Shown: positions 37,185-51,429 of the stretch, one piece after another
How the letters are laid out: each line of letters opens with the position of its first letter
How positions within the stretch are numbered: position 1 is the first letter of the stretch
Translations under genes and position numbers: made by a program
Notes under the pieces: model-generated
Told to the model about the DNA's origin: nothing
Database searches by the model: none
What the model saw: the letters and a program-made list of their open reading frames with translations, nothing else
Assembly: GCA_038087875.1 (NCBI GenBank)
Contig: CM075990.1
Span: forward strand, 8,310,001-8,374,000
Origin: Malacoraja senta
Lineage: Eukaryota
Length of the DNA stretch: 64,000 nt
Direction of reading: 5' to 3'

Positions 37185-38032
37185 GACAGCACGGTGACGC
37201 AGCGGTAGAGTTGCTGACTTACAGCGCCAGAAACCCAGGTTCCATCCTGACTACGGGTGCTGTCTGTACAGAGTTTGTACCTTCTCCCCGTGACCGCTGG
37301 GCTTTTTTCCGAGAACTTTGGTTCCTCCCACACTCCAAAGACGTACAGGTTTGTAGGTTAATTGGCTTGGTATATATGTAAAAATTGTCCCTAGTGTAGG
37401 ATAGCATTAATGTGTGGGAGGTTGATTTTTTTTGATTTTTTTTAATTTGTATTTTATTAGAAGTACATTACATTACAACCACATACATTAGTACTTGTCA
37501 TTTATATCTTCTTACAATTAATGTACTCCATTTATTTTTTACACTAGAAAAGGAAAAGATTGAAAGAAAGAAGAAAGTGAAGGAAAAAGTGGAAGTGTAG
37601 GAAATGTGACAACAAAAAAGGACGAAGACCCTATAAGAGCAAAATTAAAAACAAAAGAAAAAGAGTTAAGAAATAGACCCTAGGAAAAAAAGAAAGAGAG
37701 AAAGAGGAAAAAGAGAGAAACAAATATTTTTATGAGCATTACGCAAAATGGACATACCAACTCTTCAACTATCATCCCCCCTTACCTGACCTCAATTTTT
37801 TTTTTTTTTTAAGTACTTTTGCACCTTATGTTTGTAATAATTCTATAAATACAGACCACGTCAGGTGGAAATGATCTGGTTTACCTGCTAGGAGGAGTCT
37901 TATCTTTTCTAGGTGTAATGTTTCAAACATATTTGAAATCCACATATTTATAGTTGGGGATCGCTAGTTGATGCCGACTCGGTGGGCCGAAGGGCCTGTT
38001 TCCACGCTATATCTCTAAACAAAACTAAGCTA
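37185..38032 (+). mobile_element. HE1-type SINE split by an L1 3' end
   Basis: Body to ~37420, resumes ggggatcgct at 37956. Confidence 0.85.
37422..37958 (-). mobile_element. L1 3' fragment
   Basis: Reverse MWISNMFETLHLEKIRLLLAGK, homologous to the 49054-49527 ORF; poly(A). Confidence 0.85.
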
Positions 38033-38084
38033 AACAGGAATGGTGTTATGATTAGATACACATGTTTTAATGTTGGTAATTGAA

Positions 38085-38708
38085 AGCCGTCACACAGGTG
38101 CGAATGCTGTTCGTGGATTTCAGTTCAGCATTCAATACAATCATCCCTCAGCACTTGGTAAGCAAATTGGGTTCATTGGCCCTCAGCACCCCCTTGTGTA
38201 ACTGGCTACTGGACTTCCTCACTGACAGACCCCAGTCAGTGCGGGCTACAAACAACACCTCCAACATCATCTCTCTGAGCGCCGGTTCCCCTCAGGGCTG
38301 CGTCCTGAGTCCTCTCCTGTTTACCCTGATGACCCACGACTGTTGTGCCAGGTTTAGTACAAACCACGGCATGAAGTACGCAGATGACACAACAGTGGTG
38401 GGCCTTATCCGGGACGACAATGAACTGGCTTACACGGAGGAGGTGAAACAACTGGTAGACTGGTGCAACACGAACAATCTGATCCTGAATGTTGACAAAA
38501 CAAAGGAGGTCATCGTTGACTTCAGGAGAAACCGGCACAGTCACACACCACTACACATTAATGACATTGATGTGGAGTTGGTCAGTAGCACTAAGTTCCT
38601 GGGGGTACAGATCACGAACAGTCTGACCTGGTCACAAAACATCGCATCACTACTTAAGAGAGCGCAGCAACATCTGCACTTTCTGCGCCGGATGAGAAGA
38701 GTTTGCCT
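38085..38708 (+). pseudogene. Rex1/Babar reverse transcriptase fragment
   Basis: [45 protein letters not shown]; the rest of the ORF is an antisense CR1 tail. Confidence 0.9.
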
Positions 38709-40202
38709 TAGAGTCATAGAGTCACACAACGTGGAAACAGGCCCTCTGCCCACCTTGTCCACGCCGACCAACATGCCTCATCTACACTTGTCCCACCGGC
38801 GTGCCTGTGGCCCATATCCCTCTAAACCTGTCATATCCATGTACTTATCCAAATGTTTCTTAAACATTGTGGTAGTACCTGCCTCAACAGCCTCCACTGG
38901 CAGCTCGTTCCTTTGTTTAAGGTTTCCTTCCACAAACAACACCTCTCACACTGCTGCACTGCCTCAGTAAATACCAGTTCATGGGATGCACCCAAAATGC
39001 CTTATGAGAGATGACCTACTACTCACCGAGGTATGTTATAGGTGATATTATGTTAAAGGGGCAGGGTGAATGTATGTTATAGTTACTGCTTTAAATATTT
39101 GTGCTTAACGGGACTGTCATTGGGTTGGACATCTTGACTGAGTATTGGCCATCATAATCTTGGGACTGTGGCTCTATTTGGCAGTAATATATTTGAGTTT
39201 GTGTCAGATTCGGGATAAATCAACTTTTCATAAAAATTGTGAACTTGTCAATGTCAAGCAGGACTCACTGAGTCCACATGAAGTCTTTGTAAACCAATCC
39301 TTTCATTGTTATTCACTGACTCTTTCTCGACAGGCCCATGAATTAATTTCCATTAGTCATCAATCAAACTCCTTTTTAAGGCCCTGATTGACTTTGTTTT
39401 CATCGGCCTGATAAGTAGTTTAGTTCAGTTTAGATTAGATTAGTTTATTATTGTTCTGCATACTCTGCACAATGTGTCTCCTAAATCAAGTCTTTTGGTC
39501 ATAATGTTTGATGTGAATCCACCCCACCTCTCTCCCATGCAACCCCAACCCCCCCCCCCCCACACCGCCGATTTCCACAACTTTGTGTAATGGGAATGGT
39601 GTCTCTACAGCCTTTCAAATCTTTCCACCATTCTAAATCTCTTAAATCTCTGAAGTTTGTCTTGATCTTTATAGCTCCAGGCAGCACAAATCCAATCTCT
39701 CCAGTTTTCCATAATTGAAATCTCTTTCCTGGAAGAATTCTTGTGAATATCCTTGGCATCCCTTCTGTAACCATAATTGCTATCCTAAAGGTGGAGACCA
39801 GAATTAAATGCAAACTCTTAGTGGAAACATTGTTTCCGCATCCATTCTATTCAGGCCTTTCACCGTTTAAAAATGCACTTGTCTGTGTTGTTGTATCTGA
39901 TGTCTTCTGCATAATCGTTCTAAACCTTCTTGCAATTTGTGTTTGCGTCATAAAGTTTGATGTGCACAGTTTGAAATGTTTCCCTGCTCGCAGATGTCTA
40001 TGTCAGGAATCAATGGAAAGAAGCAGCTGTGGTCACTGAAATGATCCCTAGGGCAACTTGCTATTCTCTGAGTGAAGACATTTTTCCTCATCTCAGTTTC
40101 TGTTTGGAAATACATCATGGAAACAGGCCGAATCCATGGCGACCATCGATCACCCATTCATGCTAGTTATTTTTTATTCTTTATTATGCCACTTTCTCTT
40201 TA

Positions 40203-40840
40203 CTTTAGAGGTAAAGTGCAGAAACAGGCCCTTCGGCCCACCGAGTCCGCACTGACCAGTGGTCACCCCATATACTAGCACGATCCTACACATACTAGGG
40301 ATAATCTACAATTTTTTTACCAAAGCCAAATTAACCTACAAACCTGCATGTCTTTGGAGTGTGGGAGCACCCAGAAAAAAACCCACGCGGTCACAGGGTG
40401 AATGTGCGTACTCCACACAGACAGCAGCCAAGGTCCGGATCGAACCTGGGTCGCTGGCTCTGTAAGGCAGCAACTCTACCACTGCGCCATCTTGCCGCCC
40501 CAATTTCTCTACATATCAGTTTCAGTTTAGAGAAGCCGCGTGGAAACAGGCATTCAGCCCACCCAATCCACACTGACAATGGAACACACATACATTCATA
40601 CAAGATGTATGTTATTCCACTGTCTCATCCACTCTTGCCACATTAGGGATATTTTTTTTTTACATAGGCCAATTAACCTACAAGCCTACAGGTCTTTGGG
40701 ATGTGGGAGTGAACCGGATCACCCTGAGGAAACTCACACAGTCACAGGGAGAATGTACAAAATCTGTGTGGATCCATGGTCAGATTCGAACCTGTGTCTC
40801 TGGCACTGGGAGCCAGCAGCTCTACCAGCAGCTCCAAATG
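40203..40840 (-). mobile_element. Two tandem HE1-type SINEs
   Basis: Copies at ~40203-40500 and ~40520-40840. Confidence 0.85.
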
Positions 40841-41504
40841 TGACCCCTACTCATTCCTAAATGACTTGAAACCACTGATATCTTGAGACCATATATCCTG
40901 AGACCATTGGTTTCAGATGTACCACCAGTCAGGAGAAACAACCTTGGTGCATCTGCTTTGGCAAGGCTGATCAGAATTCTGTATGTTTCAAGTTGGCTAG
41001 ATCCTCTTTCATCTTATTGAAGTTATCCCTCCCCCGAATGAAGTTACACTTTATATTATTTCTAATGCACTTAATTCTTACATTTTTCTCCCTTAATCTC
41101 AGACCACTTTTTTGCCCCAGAATAAGATCCAGAAATGATTTTTCCTCCTTGAGCCAAATACATAATGACTAAGTTGTTCCAGTGAATCTATTTCAGATAT
41201 CCGACCCTTCTTGGTAGATTGAGGGTTGCATAGCGGGGCGCTGCAATGAAGTTACCTTTGGAAAGATCAAAGAAATGAGGAACTATGGTGACCTCGTGCA
41301 AAAGAGATGAGGCTAAGGACATATCACCCATGAGCATATTCAATGATGAAGCAGGCTTGAAGGGCCGAGTAGCTATCCCATAGAGTCATACAGCATGGAA
41401 ACAGGCCCTTCAGCCCTACCTCTCCATGTTGACCACGATGCCACATCTACGCTAGTCCCACCTGCCCACGTTGGCCTCTAAACCTTGGCTATCCATTTAC
41501 CTGT

Positions 41505-42016
41505 GGAAGGACATTCTTGCTATTGAGGGAGTGCAGCATGGGTTCACGAGGTTAATTCCTGGGATGGCGGGACTGTCATATGATGAAAGAATGGAATGAT
41601 TGGGCTTGCATTCACTGGAATTTGGAAGGATGAGAGGGGAATTTATAGAGATATATCAAATTATTAAGTGAATGGACACACTAGATGCAGGAAACATGTT
41701 CCCGATGTTGGGGGAGTCCAGAACCAGGGCCACAGTTTAAGAATTAGGGGTAGGCCATTTAGAACTGAGATGAGGAAAAACCTTTTCACCCAGAGACTTG
41801 TGAATCTGTGGAATTCTGCCTCAGAAGGCAGTGGAGGCCGATTCACTGGATGCATTCAAAAGAGAGTTAGATAGAGCTCTTAGGGCTGGCGGAATCAAGG
41901 GATATGGGAAGAAGGCAAGAACGGGGTACTGATTGTAGATGATCAGCCATTATCACAGTGAATGGCGGTGCTGGCTCAAAGGGCCGAATGTCCTATTCCT
42001 GCACCTATTGTCTATG
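41505..42016 (+). mobile_element. CR1 3' fragment inserted in an opposite-strand CR1 tail
   Basis: 15-bp TSD tatccat(t/g)tacctgt at 41490-41504 and 42017-42031. Confidence 0.9.
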
Positions 42017-42217
42017 TATCCATGTACCTGTCCAAATCAATTTTAAATGTTATTATTGTATTTGTCTCAACTATCTCCTACTACAGTTCATTTCATATAC
42101 CCACCCTCCTGCTCCTATTTTCTTGTGATCGTATTTTCTTTACTCTGACATAACCTCAGTCACCAAAGAGTAATTTAGTATAATTGTAACAAAATAAGGA
42201 TGCATTAAATTAAACTG

Positions 42218-42382
42218 CTAGACACAAAATGCTGGAATAACTCAGCGGGACAGGCAGCATCTCTAGAGACCAGAAACGCCTCCCATTCCTTCTCTCCAGA
42301 GATGCTGCCTGTCCCGCTGAGTTACTCCAGCATTTTGTGTCTATCTTCGATTTAAACCAGCATCTGCAGTTGTTTCCTGCTC
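42218..42382. mobile_element. Palindromic Penelope-derived element
   Basis: Inverted arms plus tail; flanks aaattaaactg / aaattaaattg. Confidence 0.85.
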
Positions 42383-43829
42383 AAATTAAATTGATGTTTG
42401 CTTCCGAATGAATCTGAAGTGTTAGTGCAAGTTGGTGCTCGGTGCAATGCAGGGCAATATTGTTAAACATACAGCATAGCAGAGTCCATTACTGTATGCA
42501 TTGCCATATGGACATTTTATTTCATAGGCAGAAAACATTCATTAATCTCACTCCTGCTTTCCCTTTGATGCTCTGCAGTAGAAAGTCTTCTGGCTTCTCA
42601 GACCAAAAAAATCCTTTGAGGATGAAGATCGAGCTTTATCAAAGCGAGAATATTATTTTGATGTGAGTCAAAGATGCAGACTTGATGAATATTACAGACT
42701 GAAGTGAGACTTTCTAAATATAATTGTGCTTTACACTCCTAAAACAGTGTGGTACTGTAGGTTGGAATGGAGTTAGTGGACACTTAGCCTGCATTACAGT
42801 CTTCATTTGTAGTTCAAGCACATTGGAATGGATTAGTTCTTGAGTAAAGGACTCCTGTTAGGCTCACAAGAGCAGGCCTTTCCTGTAGTGATATCCTGGT
42901 CTTCTCTATGTACACAAGCATTCCATTGCCTCGCGTAGAATGGCCACAGCCGATAAACGGTGGGCCTGGTTGCTGCATGGTATTCCTTGTGTTACCCGTA
43001 TCATTGTACAAGACAGCTACCATAGTCTATCAGGCTGTAGCTGTGGAAAATAGAGATAGTCAATGTTTCGGTCTGAAGATCTTTCATCAGAACTTTATCT
43101 GAAGAGGCGTTGGCCATTGCCATCTGGGGACAATATGATAGAATTGTATTAATCTCAGGAAGGAAATTGATCTCCCACAGTCATAAAAACACAAAATACA
43201 TGAACCATGTAATTAAATTGACGAGTCGAGGGGATTGGGGATGTGCAAAGATTGGGTGGGGGGGTGGGGGGGGGAGGGGAGTCAGTCTCAGTCTACCCCA
43301 CGACAGAACCAAGGAGTCCATCCAGTGATCGGTAGACTGATAGTGTTATTCCACACTAACGTATGGAACCCCTTCATCTATGTAATCATCGATGCTTCTC
43401 TCCATAAGAGGTAGACAACTGGTGATCAAGGTAAAACATTAAGAGGTTGAAGGAAGATTGCAGCTGGATTCCCCCCTGGGCTTCAGACAGGAGCCACAGT
43501 CGTGGACCCATCCTCCTGTTGTGATGTGATCGGGATGCATGGGTTCAGTTTCAAGTTTTAGGTAGTGGAGTCTAAACCTAGAGGGCACATGTTTCGGGTG
43601 AGAGCAGAAAGATTTAAACGGGATTTGAGGCGCAGGTTGTCAACAGAAGTGGTGGTGGGCATATGGAAGGAGTTGCCAGGCAAAATGGTGGAGGTGGGTA
43701 CAATTACAATGTTTAAAAGACATTTGGACATTTCATGAATAGGAAAGGCTTACAGAGATAGGAACCCAATGCAGAAAAAATGGGCCGAGCTCAGAATGTC
43801 ACCTTGGTTGATACTGGGCCAATGGGCCA

Positions 43830-44368
43830 AATCTGAGGAAGGACATTATAGCCAAAGAGGGAGTGCAGAGAAGGTTCACCAGACTGATTCCTTGGATGTC
43901 AGGACTTTCATATCAAGAAAGACTGGATAGACTTGGCTTATACTCGCTTGAATTTAGGAGATTGAGAGGGGATCTTATAGAAACGTACAAAATTCTTATG
44001 GGGTTGGACAGGCTAGATGCAGGAAGATTGTTCCCGATGTTGGGGAAGTCCAGGACAAGGGGTCACAGCTTAAGGATAAGGGGGGAATCCTTTAAGACCG
44101 AGATGAGGAAAAACTTTTTCACACAGAGAGTGGTGAATCTCTGGAACTCTCTGCCACAGAGGGTAGTTGAGGCCAGTTCATTGGCTATATTTAAGAAGGA
44201 GTTAGATGTGGCCCTTGTGGCTAAAGGGATCAGGGGGTATGGAGAGAAGGCAGGTACGGGATACTGAGTTGGATGATCAGCCATGATCATATTAGATGGC
44301 GGTGCAGGCTCGAAGGGCCGAATGGCCTACTCCTGCACCTATTTTCTATGTATCTATGTATCTATGTA
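43830..44368 (+). mobile_element. Young CR1 3' fragment, same subfamily as 12553-14797
   Basis: Near-identical C-terminal protein; sits inside an older CR1 3' end starting ~43560. Confidence 0.93.
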
Positions 44369-44764
44369 TCGGTGCAGTAGACTCTATGGCACCCAGTGTT
44401 GCTAGTTGTAACACCCACCCTGATCCATCCCCCATCTTTATCTTTGGAGTAGTTTTTACTCTGTTGAGTTACTGTAACACATAGTGTCTTCTCACTTCTA
44501 AAAGGTCATTCTATGGCTTGTGATCTTTGAACTCAATTTATCGCAGTTAACGAGCCACCCGTGGGGAAATCTGCAGGCCTCTGTTGTGAGATAACTTGGT
44601 CACACCTTCAGAGAGATCAGTGCTTGACCAGTGAGGCCTTTCTACAGGGTGGTCACCAGGACTTGCCCGCAAGCATATCTCAACCTAATCTTCATTAACT
44701 TTCCTTTAAAAGCTTTGAATTTATTGTTTGCACTTCACCCATGAATATTGTCCTGAACGAGTAT

Positions 44765-45068
44765 GGCTCGGTGGTGCAGCAGTAAAGTGGCTGCCTTACT
44801 GCGCCAGAGACCTGCGTTTGATCCTGACTACTGGTGCCGTCTGTATGGAGTATGTATGTTCTCCCCGTGACCTGCGTTGTTTTTCCCTTGGAGCACCAGT
44901 TTCCTCCCACACTCCAAAGACGTACAGGTTTGTAGGCTACTTAGCTTGGTGAAATTATAAATTGTCCCTAGTGTGTGTAGGATAGTGTTAGTGTGCAGGG
45001 ATCGCTGGTCGGCGCAGACATGGTGGGTCGAAGGGCTCGTTTCCGCGCCGTAGCTCTAAACAAAACTG
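44765..45068 (+). mobile_element. HE1-type SINE
   Basis: Full copy. Confidence 0.88.
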
Positions 45069-45250
45069 AAAGTATATTTAATTTGTAACTTCATTGAGTC
45101 ACCCTGGGTTTAGAAGTACAACCGTATAATGAAAGGGTGCTCCAAGACAATATTGTGCCATATGCACAGAGAGACAGATTATGTTGTGCCAACATAGAAT
45201 GTGTTCACTTCACAACCATGATATTGGCACTAATTGTTCACAGAGCTTAA

Positions 45251-45444
45251 AGGGCCTGTCCCACTTGGGCGTCATTTGCACGTCACGCAGATGGCGCGCG
45301 AAGATTTTGTACATCCCAAAATCCTGGGGAGCCGCGCGCGATCGGGCTTCACTGCCTACGTCACCACGCACCTTGCGCCCGTCGTGACGCGTAAATGATG
45401 TCGCGTAAATTACGCACAAATGACGCCCAAGTGGGACAGGCCCT
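45251..45444. mobile_element. MITE with perfect 28-bp TIR
   Basis: agggcctgtcccacttgggcgtcatttg / caaatgacgcccaagtgggacaggccct; flanks ttaa / ttag. Confidence 0.92.
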
Positions 45445-45524
45445 TTAGTCTTAAATGACGAGCTGCTTTAAAGTTGTGAAGTAGAAGAAGCCTTGCTGAG
45501 TCCACACCGACACATATCCTTTGG

Positions 45525-46270
45525 AGATGGTGCAGAAGAGGTTTACCAAAATATTGCCTAGATTAGGGATATTAGCTGCTAGGAGAGGTTGGACCATCTT
45601 TGATCGCTTTCTCTGCAACATTGGGGGCTGACAGGAGACCAAATAGACCTTTTCCCTGTGTGGAAAAGTCAAAGACTAGAGGGCATAGTTTAAAGGTGAA
45701 ATTGGCAAAGTTTAAAGGAGATGTGCAGGGCAAGATTTGATACAAAGGGTGTTGGGTGCCTGGAACGCTGTAGAGGCTGGTGGTGGAGGCAGATTAGATA
45801 GTGGCATTTATGATACCTTTAGATAGGCACATGGATATGCAGGGAATGGATGGATATTACTTTTGTTTAGAGATACAGTGTGGAAATAGGGCCTTTGGCC
45901 CACCAAAACCACTCCGACCCCGCACACTAACACTATCCTACACACACTAGGGACAGTTTTTTTGTTTACATTTACACCAAGCCAATTAACCTACCAACCT
46001 GTACGTCTTTGGAGTGTGGGAGGAAACCGAGACGTCGGAGGAAAACCCACGCAGGTCACGGGGAGAATGTACAAACTCCGTACAGACAAGCACCCGTAGT
46101 TAGGATCGAACATGAGTCTCGGGCGCTGTAAGGAAATAGATCTATCGCTGCGCCACCGTGGTGCGCCATATGCAGTATGTGTAGGCAGATGAGATTAGTT
46201 TATCTTGGCATCATGATTAGCACAGATGTTGTGGGCCGAAGGGCCTGTTTGTGTGCTGCACTGTTCTATA
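45525..46270 (+). mobile_element. Old CR1 3' fragment with nested reverse HE1 SINE (~45862-46160)
   Basis: gtgcagaagaggtttacc..., 3' UTR resumes after the SINE. Confidence 0.8.
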
Positions 46271-46969
46271 TGTCCCAATCAAGACATGATTTGACAATAT
46301 GCTGACAGACTACAGTGGTTAGATTTCCATACAAACTTTTCATTACCTCTGATGACAAATGAAGCTATTGACTTTCACGATTGTCATTCGCGTAAAGTGG
46401 TGGTATTGCCCGATACATTTTCATCCTTGACTGACTGAGGCAGCGACTCAAATACATTTACATCCACGTACTGGCAGTTCAGGAAAGATTTAGAGTAACT
46501 GTTGAGAGGTGCTTTTAAAGATTAAATAATCATCATTCCACTATAGATAAGCGTGGAAATGATGGAGCAAAAAACAAACTGCTGGATGAACTCAGCTGGT
46601 CAAACAGTGGATGTAAATAGACAGATGATATTTTGGGTAGGGACCCTTCCTCTAGACTAAGTGTGCTCATTAACACATTTTTGGCTCTCTTTTTCTCTCT
46701 CAATAGTGCATACGGCACTGTTGGGTATTTCGCACTGCTCTGCATTTCACAGCTTTTATGTTCCTATGTTTGCATCCTGTATCTCTAACTGTACCCATTA
46801 GCTTAACAACCAGAGAACTTCAACAGCTTATGACCAACAGTGATTCTGGCCTCACCCTATCAGAGACATTAAAACAAACATGCTTCCTTACATATTCCCC
46901 GTCTAATGCAGGATCTCCGATCTAAAACATCAATTCCACGTGTCTTTCCACAGATGTAGGATGGTCAAA

Positions 46970-47467
46970 AGGTCATAAGTGATAGGAGTGGAATTAGGCC
47001 ATTTGGCCCATCAAGTCCACGCCATTCAATCATGGCTGATCGATCTCTCCCTCATAACCCAATTCTCCTGCCCTTTCCCCATAACCCCAGACACCTGTAC
47101 TAATCAAGAATCTATCTATCTCTGCTTTAAAAAATATCCATTGACTTGGCCTCCACAGCCTTCTGTGGCAAAGAATTCCACCCACTGACTGAAGAAATTC
47201 CTCATCTCCTTCCTAAAGGAACGTCCTTTAATTCTGAGGCTATGACCTCTGGTCCTGGACTCTCCCACTAGTGGAAACATCCTCTCCACATCCACTCTAT
47301 CCAAGCCTTTCACCATTCGGTAAGTTTCAATGACCGTCCTCCCTCATCCAGCGAGTACAGGCCCAGTGTCGTCAAACGTTTATCATATGATAACCCACTC
47401 ATTCCTGGGATCATTCTTATGAGTCTCCTCCGAACCCTCTCCAGAGTCAGTACATCCTTCCTCAGAT
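46970..47467 (-). mobile_element. CR1 3' fragment
   Basis: VKGLDRVDVERMFPLVGESRTRGHSL. Confidence 0.9.
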
Positions 47468-49061
47468 AGGCACATGGATATGTGTGTTCAGCAATTTCTG
47501 ATTTTATTTAATTGCCACATCTTCTTTTGGTTCACGTACAGGCTTGCGGTCTATCCCTGAAGTTCATTCCATTGACTTTGCAGCATGTTCAGTGCTGTAA
47601 ATAGAAATATATTTAAAAGCAGTAATTTTTTTTTAGTTGCCATATTTTATCATTGGGAGTCTCTTGGGGATCACTTCCATTTTATGAAGTCGAAAAGTAA
47701 ACAAAATTGGGAGAACTAGAATGTGGATTACTGTAAGATTCAGGCACGTCAAATCCATTTAGAAAGAAATTATCCCTGAGCTCTCATCCTTTTCTTCCTG
47801 TCCGATCTAACTATACAGCCAGATGGAGGACTTATCCTTTCTGGCAATACTGCAGGGCACAGCAAGAAGTTGAATCTACCAGTGGCGATCACTTAACCTC
47901 CATCTGCTTCCAGATCCTTGCGGCAGTGATGGTTATTAAATGGTTCCATTAACAACCTGTCATTCTTCTTAAATTTGTATTTGCCTTGGGAAACCATCAC
48001 TGTCCAAATAGAACTAAAATGCTCCACATTTTCCCAAGCACTCATTAGAGAAATGAGTTCGCTACACAGCGGTTATATTTTAAGGACAAAATTACTTTGC
48101 CTAAGTGCATCATCCTATATCTTTACTTCAAGTGTCCCTTGCAATCTGAGCACCGAAGCATAGTGGTTTTGAACTCCACTCCTTCGGTTAATTCAATCAA
48201 GAGAATTGTACATCTGTGAACATTTTTTTTTTTTTACCCATAAACTATTGCACAAAAATTATCTTGGAGCATACTTTAAAACAGCCGTGCTTCTTTGCCA
48301 TTGAAATCCTGCCGTTATGGGCATTGGTTTGGATGTGTTCGGCCTAGGTGTGGATATCTTCCTTCTTTCATCCATGATTCATCAAAATCCTGAAACTCTC
48401 CATCCATTCAGCTGCATTTACAATACTTAAGACAGGCTGAGGTTTCTGCAGATTTCTGACCAATTGAGCCATGTGCAGTTTCATAGAGACCCTTCGGCCC
48501 AACTTGCCCACAACATGTCCCAGCTACCCTAGTCCCACCTGCTCGCGTTTGGCCTGTATCCCTCCAAACCTGTCCTATCCATGTACCTGTCTAACTGTTT
48601 CTTAAATGTTGGGACAGTCCCTGCCTCAACTACCTCCTCTGGCAGCTTGTTCCATGCACCCATCACCTTTTGTGTGAAAAAGTTACCCCTCAGATTCCTA
48701 TTAAATCGTATTCAACAAGCAAAAGGACAGCAAACATACTAATAGTCTCCTATGTAGATGGTAGATCAATAATGGAGATGGATGGAGATGGATCTCTGGT
48801 GGGTGATTCCAAAACGTATTGCAGGGGTATAGAATGGGGCTCGATAACTATGCAGGTACTGTTGGTTGAAGACCTCATGACAGAGGATTTTTTTTGTGGT
48901 GTCAAAGAGTCAAAGAATCTTATAACGCAGAAATTATAGCACAGCCCTTCAGCCCATCGTGTCAATCCTGACTATCAAATACCTATTTTTAGTGATCTTA
49001 TTTTCCTGCACCGTTTTTTCATTCCTTGGTAATTCAAGTGTTACTTAAATATTGTGAGAAT

Positions 49062-49898
49062 GTTTTCAAAAACATTACATAGACTATATTATTCAAAAAC
49101 TAAATTAAATAAAATCTTTCCTAATGTTTCACCAATCTGTGATAAATGTCTATGTCAAGAAGCTACCATAGCGCATTCTTTTGTTTTTTGTTCAAAAATC
49201 CAAAAATTCTGGTATGAAATATTTGATATTTTTTCAAAATTAATTAAAATAAAACTGGTACCAAAACCAGAATGGATCATTTTTGGAACATCGGAAGGTA
49301 TCCCTGAATTAAACGTGTATCAGAAGAATTTATTCAATTACGGGCTAATAATGGGAAAAAAGCTCATACTTAAATTCTGGAAAAATGCGCCCACACCAAC
49401 AATAAAAATGTGGACATCAAATATGTTTGAAACATTACATCTGGAAGAGATGAGATTCCTCTTAGCAGGTAAAGCAGACCAATTCCAAAAGACGTGGTCT
49501 ACGTTTCTGGACCTATTACAAGCATGAGGTGCAATAGTAATTTAAAAAATAAATAAATAAAGAAATGGTATCAGGACCTGATAATGGGAGGTAAAACAAC
49601 AAAAACAGACTTGGTTGGTAGTCCCCTTTCTGCGATTGTTCCTACATTCTTTTTCTTTCTTTTCTAGGGCCTACTTTCTTACTTTACTTCCTTCTCTAAC
49701 TTCTTTTCTAAGGGTCTTTCTTTTCCCAACACTCTCTTGCACTTCACGACTCTTGCGCACTTTCTTTACTTTTCTTACTTCTATCTTTCTCTTAAAGCTC
49801 CAAAAAATGAAGCGGTATAAAAAATGTATTAAGATATAAGTGTTGTGTATTACTGTAATTTACCGTACTTCTAATAAAAATAATAAAAAAAATAAAAA
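49062..49898 (+). mobile_element. 5'-truncated L1 (ORF2 C-terminal CCHC region, 3' UTR, poly(A))
   Basis: LHRLYYS..CDKC..HSFVFC..FW; aataaa and A-tail; 15-bp TSD aaatattgtgagaat (49047-49061, 49899-49913). Confidence 0.92.
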
Positions 49899-50089
49899 AA
49901 ATATTGTGAGAATTTCCACCTCCACCAGATAATGCATTCCAGATTCCAAACTTGGAGTGAAGAAATTCTCTTCAAATCCCCTCTAAACATTATACCCCTT
50001 AACTTAAACATAAGCCCCGAGGGTTTAGAGGCTGTTGGTATGAAGGAATATTTCTTGCTATCTGCCCAATTTGATCCCTTCATAGATCT

Positions 50090-50386
50090 CGGCACGGTGG
50101 CGCAGTAGTAGATTTGCTGCCTTACAGCGACGGAGACTTGGATTCAATCCCGACTACGGGTGATGACTGTACGGAGTTTGTACGTTCTCCCCGTGATAGC
50201 ATGGGTTTTCTCCGAGATCTTCAGTTTCCTCCCACACTCCAAAGACGTACGGGTTTGTAGGTTAATTGGCTTGGTATAAATGTAAATTGTCTTTAGTGTG
50301 TGTACGATAGTGTTAGTGTGCGGGGTCGCTGGTCGGTGCGGACTTGGAGGGCCAAAGGACCTGTTTCCGCGCTGTACCTCTAAACT
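50090..50386 (+). mobile_element. HE1-type SINE
   Basis: Full copy. Confidence 0.9.
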
Positions 50387-50847
50387 CATCTCAATCAGGT
50401 TCCCCTCAGTCTCTTCGGTTGCAAGGAAAACAAGTCCAATGTAATTTCATTACTGAAACTCTCCATCCAAGGCAATATCCTGGTGAATCTCCTTTGCACT
50501 CCTTCTAGTACAGTTACAGTATGTCCTTTTAGTGTGGCAACCAGAAATGTATTTTTAGTAATGTTTCATTTTCTAGTTAATGAAGACTGGTATCCCGTAT
50601 TTCCTTCGAACCACTTTTTCCAGCTGTGCAACTACCTTCAGGGAACCTTGGACTTAAAGATGGTCCTTCAGTTCCTCAATACTCCTGAGGGCCCTACCGT
50701 TTATTGCATCTCCTAGCCTTACTTGGCCTCCCAATATGTCTCACCTCATATCAAAATTAAATTCCTTCTGCCATTGTTTTGTGCATCTTTCCAACTCATC
50801 AAAAATTGTCTTAAGACTACATTCTGCACCATTAATAACACCACCAA

Positions 50848-51189
50848 CTCCCCCTCCCATTCCGAATCTGACCTTTCTGTCCTGGGCCTCCTCCATGGCC
50901 AGAGTGAGGACCACCGTAAATTGGAGGAGCAGCACCCCATATTTCGCTTGGGCAGTTTGCACCCCAGTGGTATGAACATTGACTTCTCTAATTTCAGGTA
51001 GTCCCTGCTTTCTCCTCCCCTTCTCAGCTCTCCCCCAGCCCACTGTCTCTGCCTCTTCCTTTCTTCTTCCCGCCCGCCCCCCCCCACCCTCACATCAGTC
51101 TGAAGAAGGGTCTCGACCCAAAATGTTGCCTATTTCCTTCGCTCCATAGATGCTGCCTCACCCACTGAGTTTCTCCAGCATTTTTGTCT
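50848..51189 (+). mobile_element. Penelope-like 3' end: GIY-YIG C-terminus, 3' UTR, hammerhead pLTR
   Basis: SHSESDLSVLGL..RKLEEQHPIFRLGSLHPSGMNIDFSNFR*; accaccaa on both sides. Confidence 0.9.
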
Positions 51190-51429
51190 ACCACCAAGTT
51201 TGTGTAATCTGTAAACTTATTAATCATACCAAACTGTATTCACATATAAATCATCGATATATCCACCACACAATAAGTTTCTATTCACACATTCCTTTCA
51301 GCACAACTACTCAAGAACTCCCTGTCTTAAAAACAACCCTCCACCATCTCTCTCTGCTTCCTTTTACCAATCCAATTTGGGATCTAATTTGCCAATTTGG
51401 CCTGGATTGCAAAATATCTAATCTTCTGG

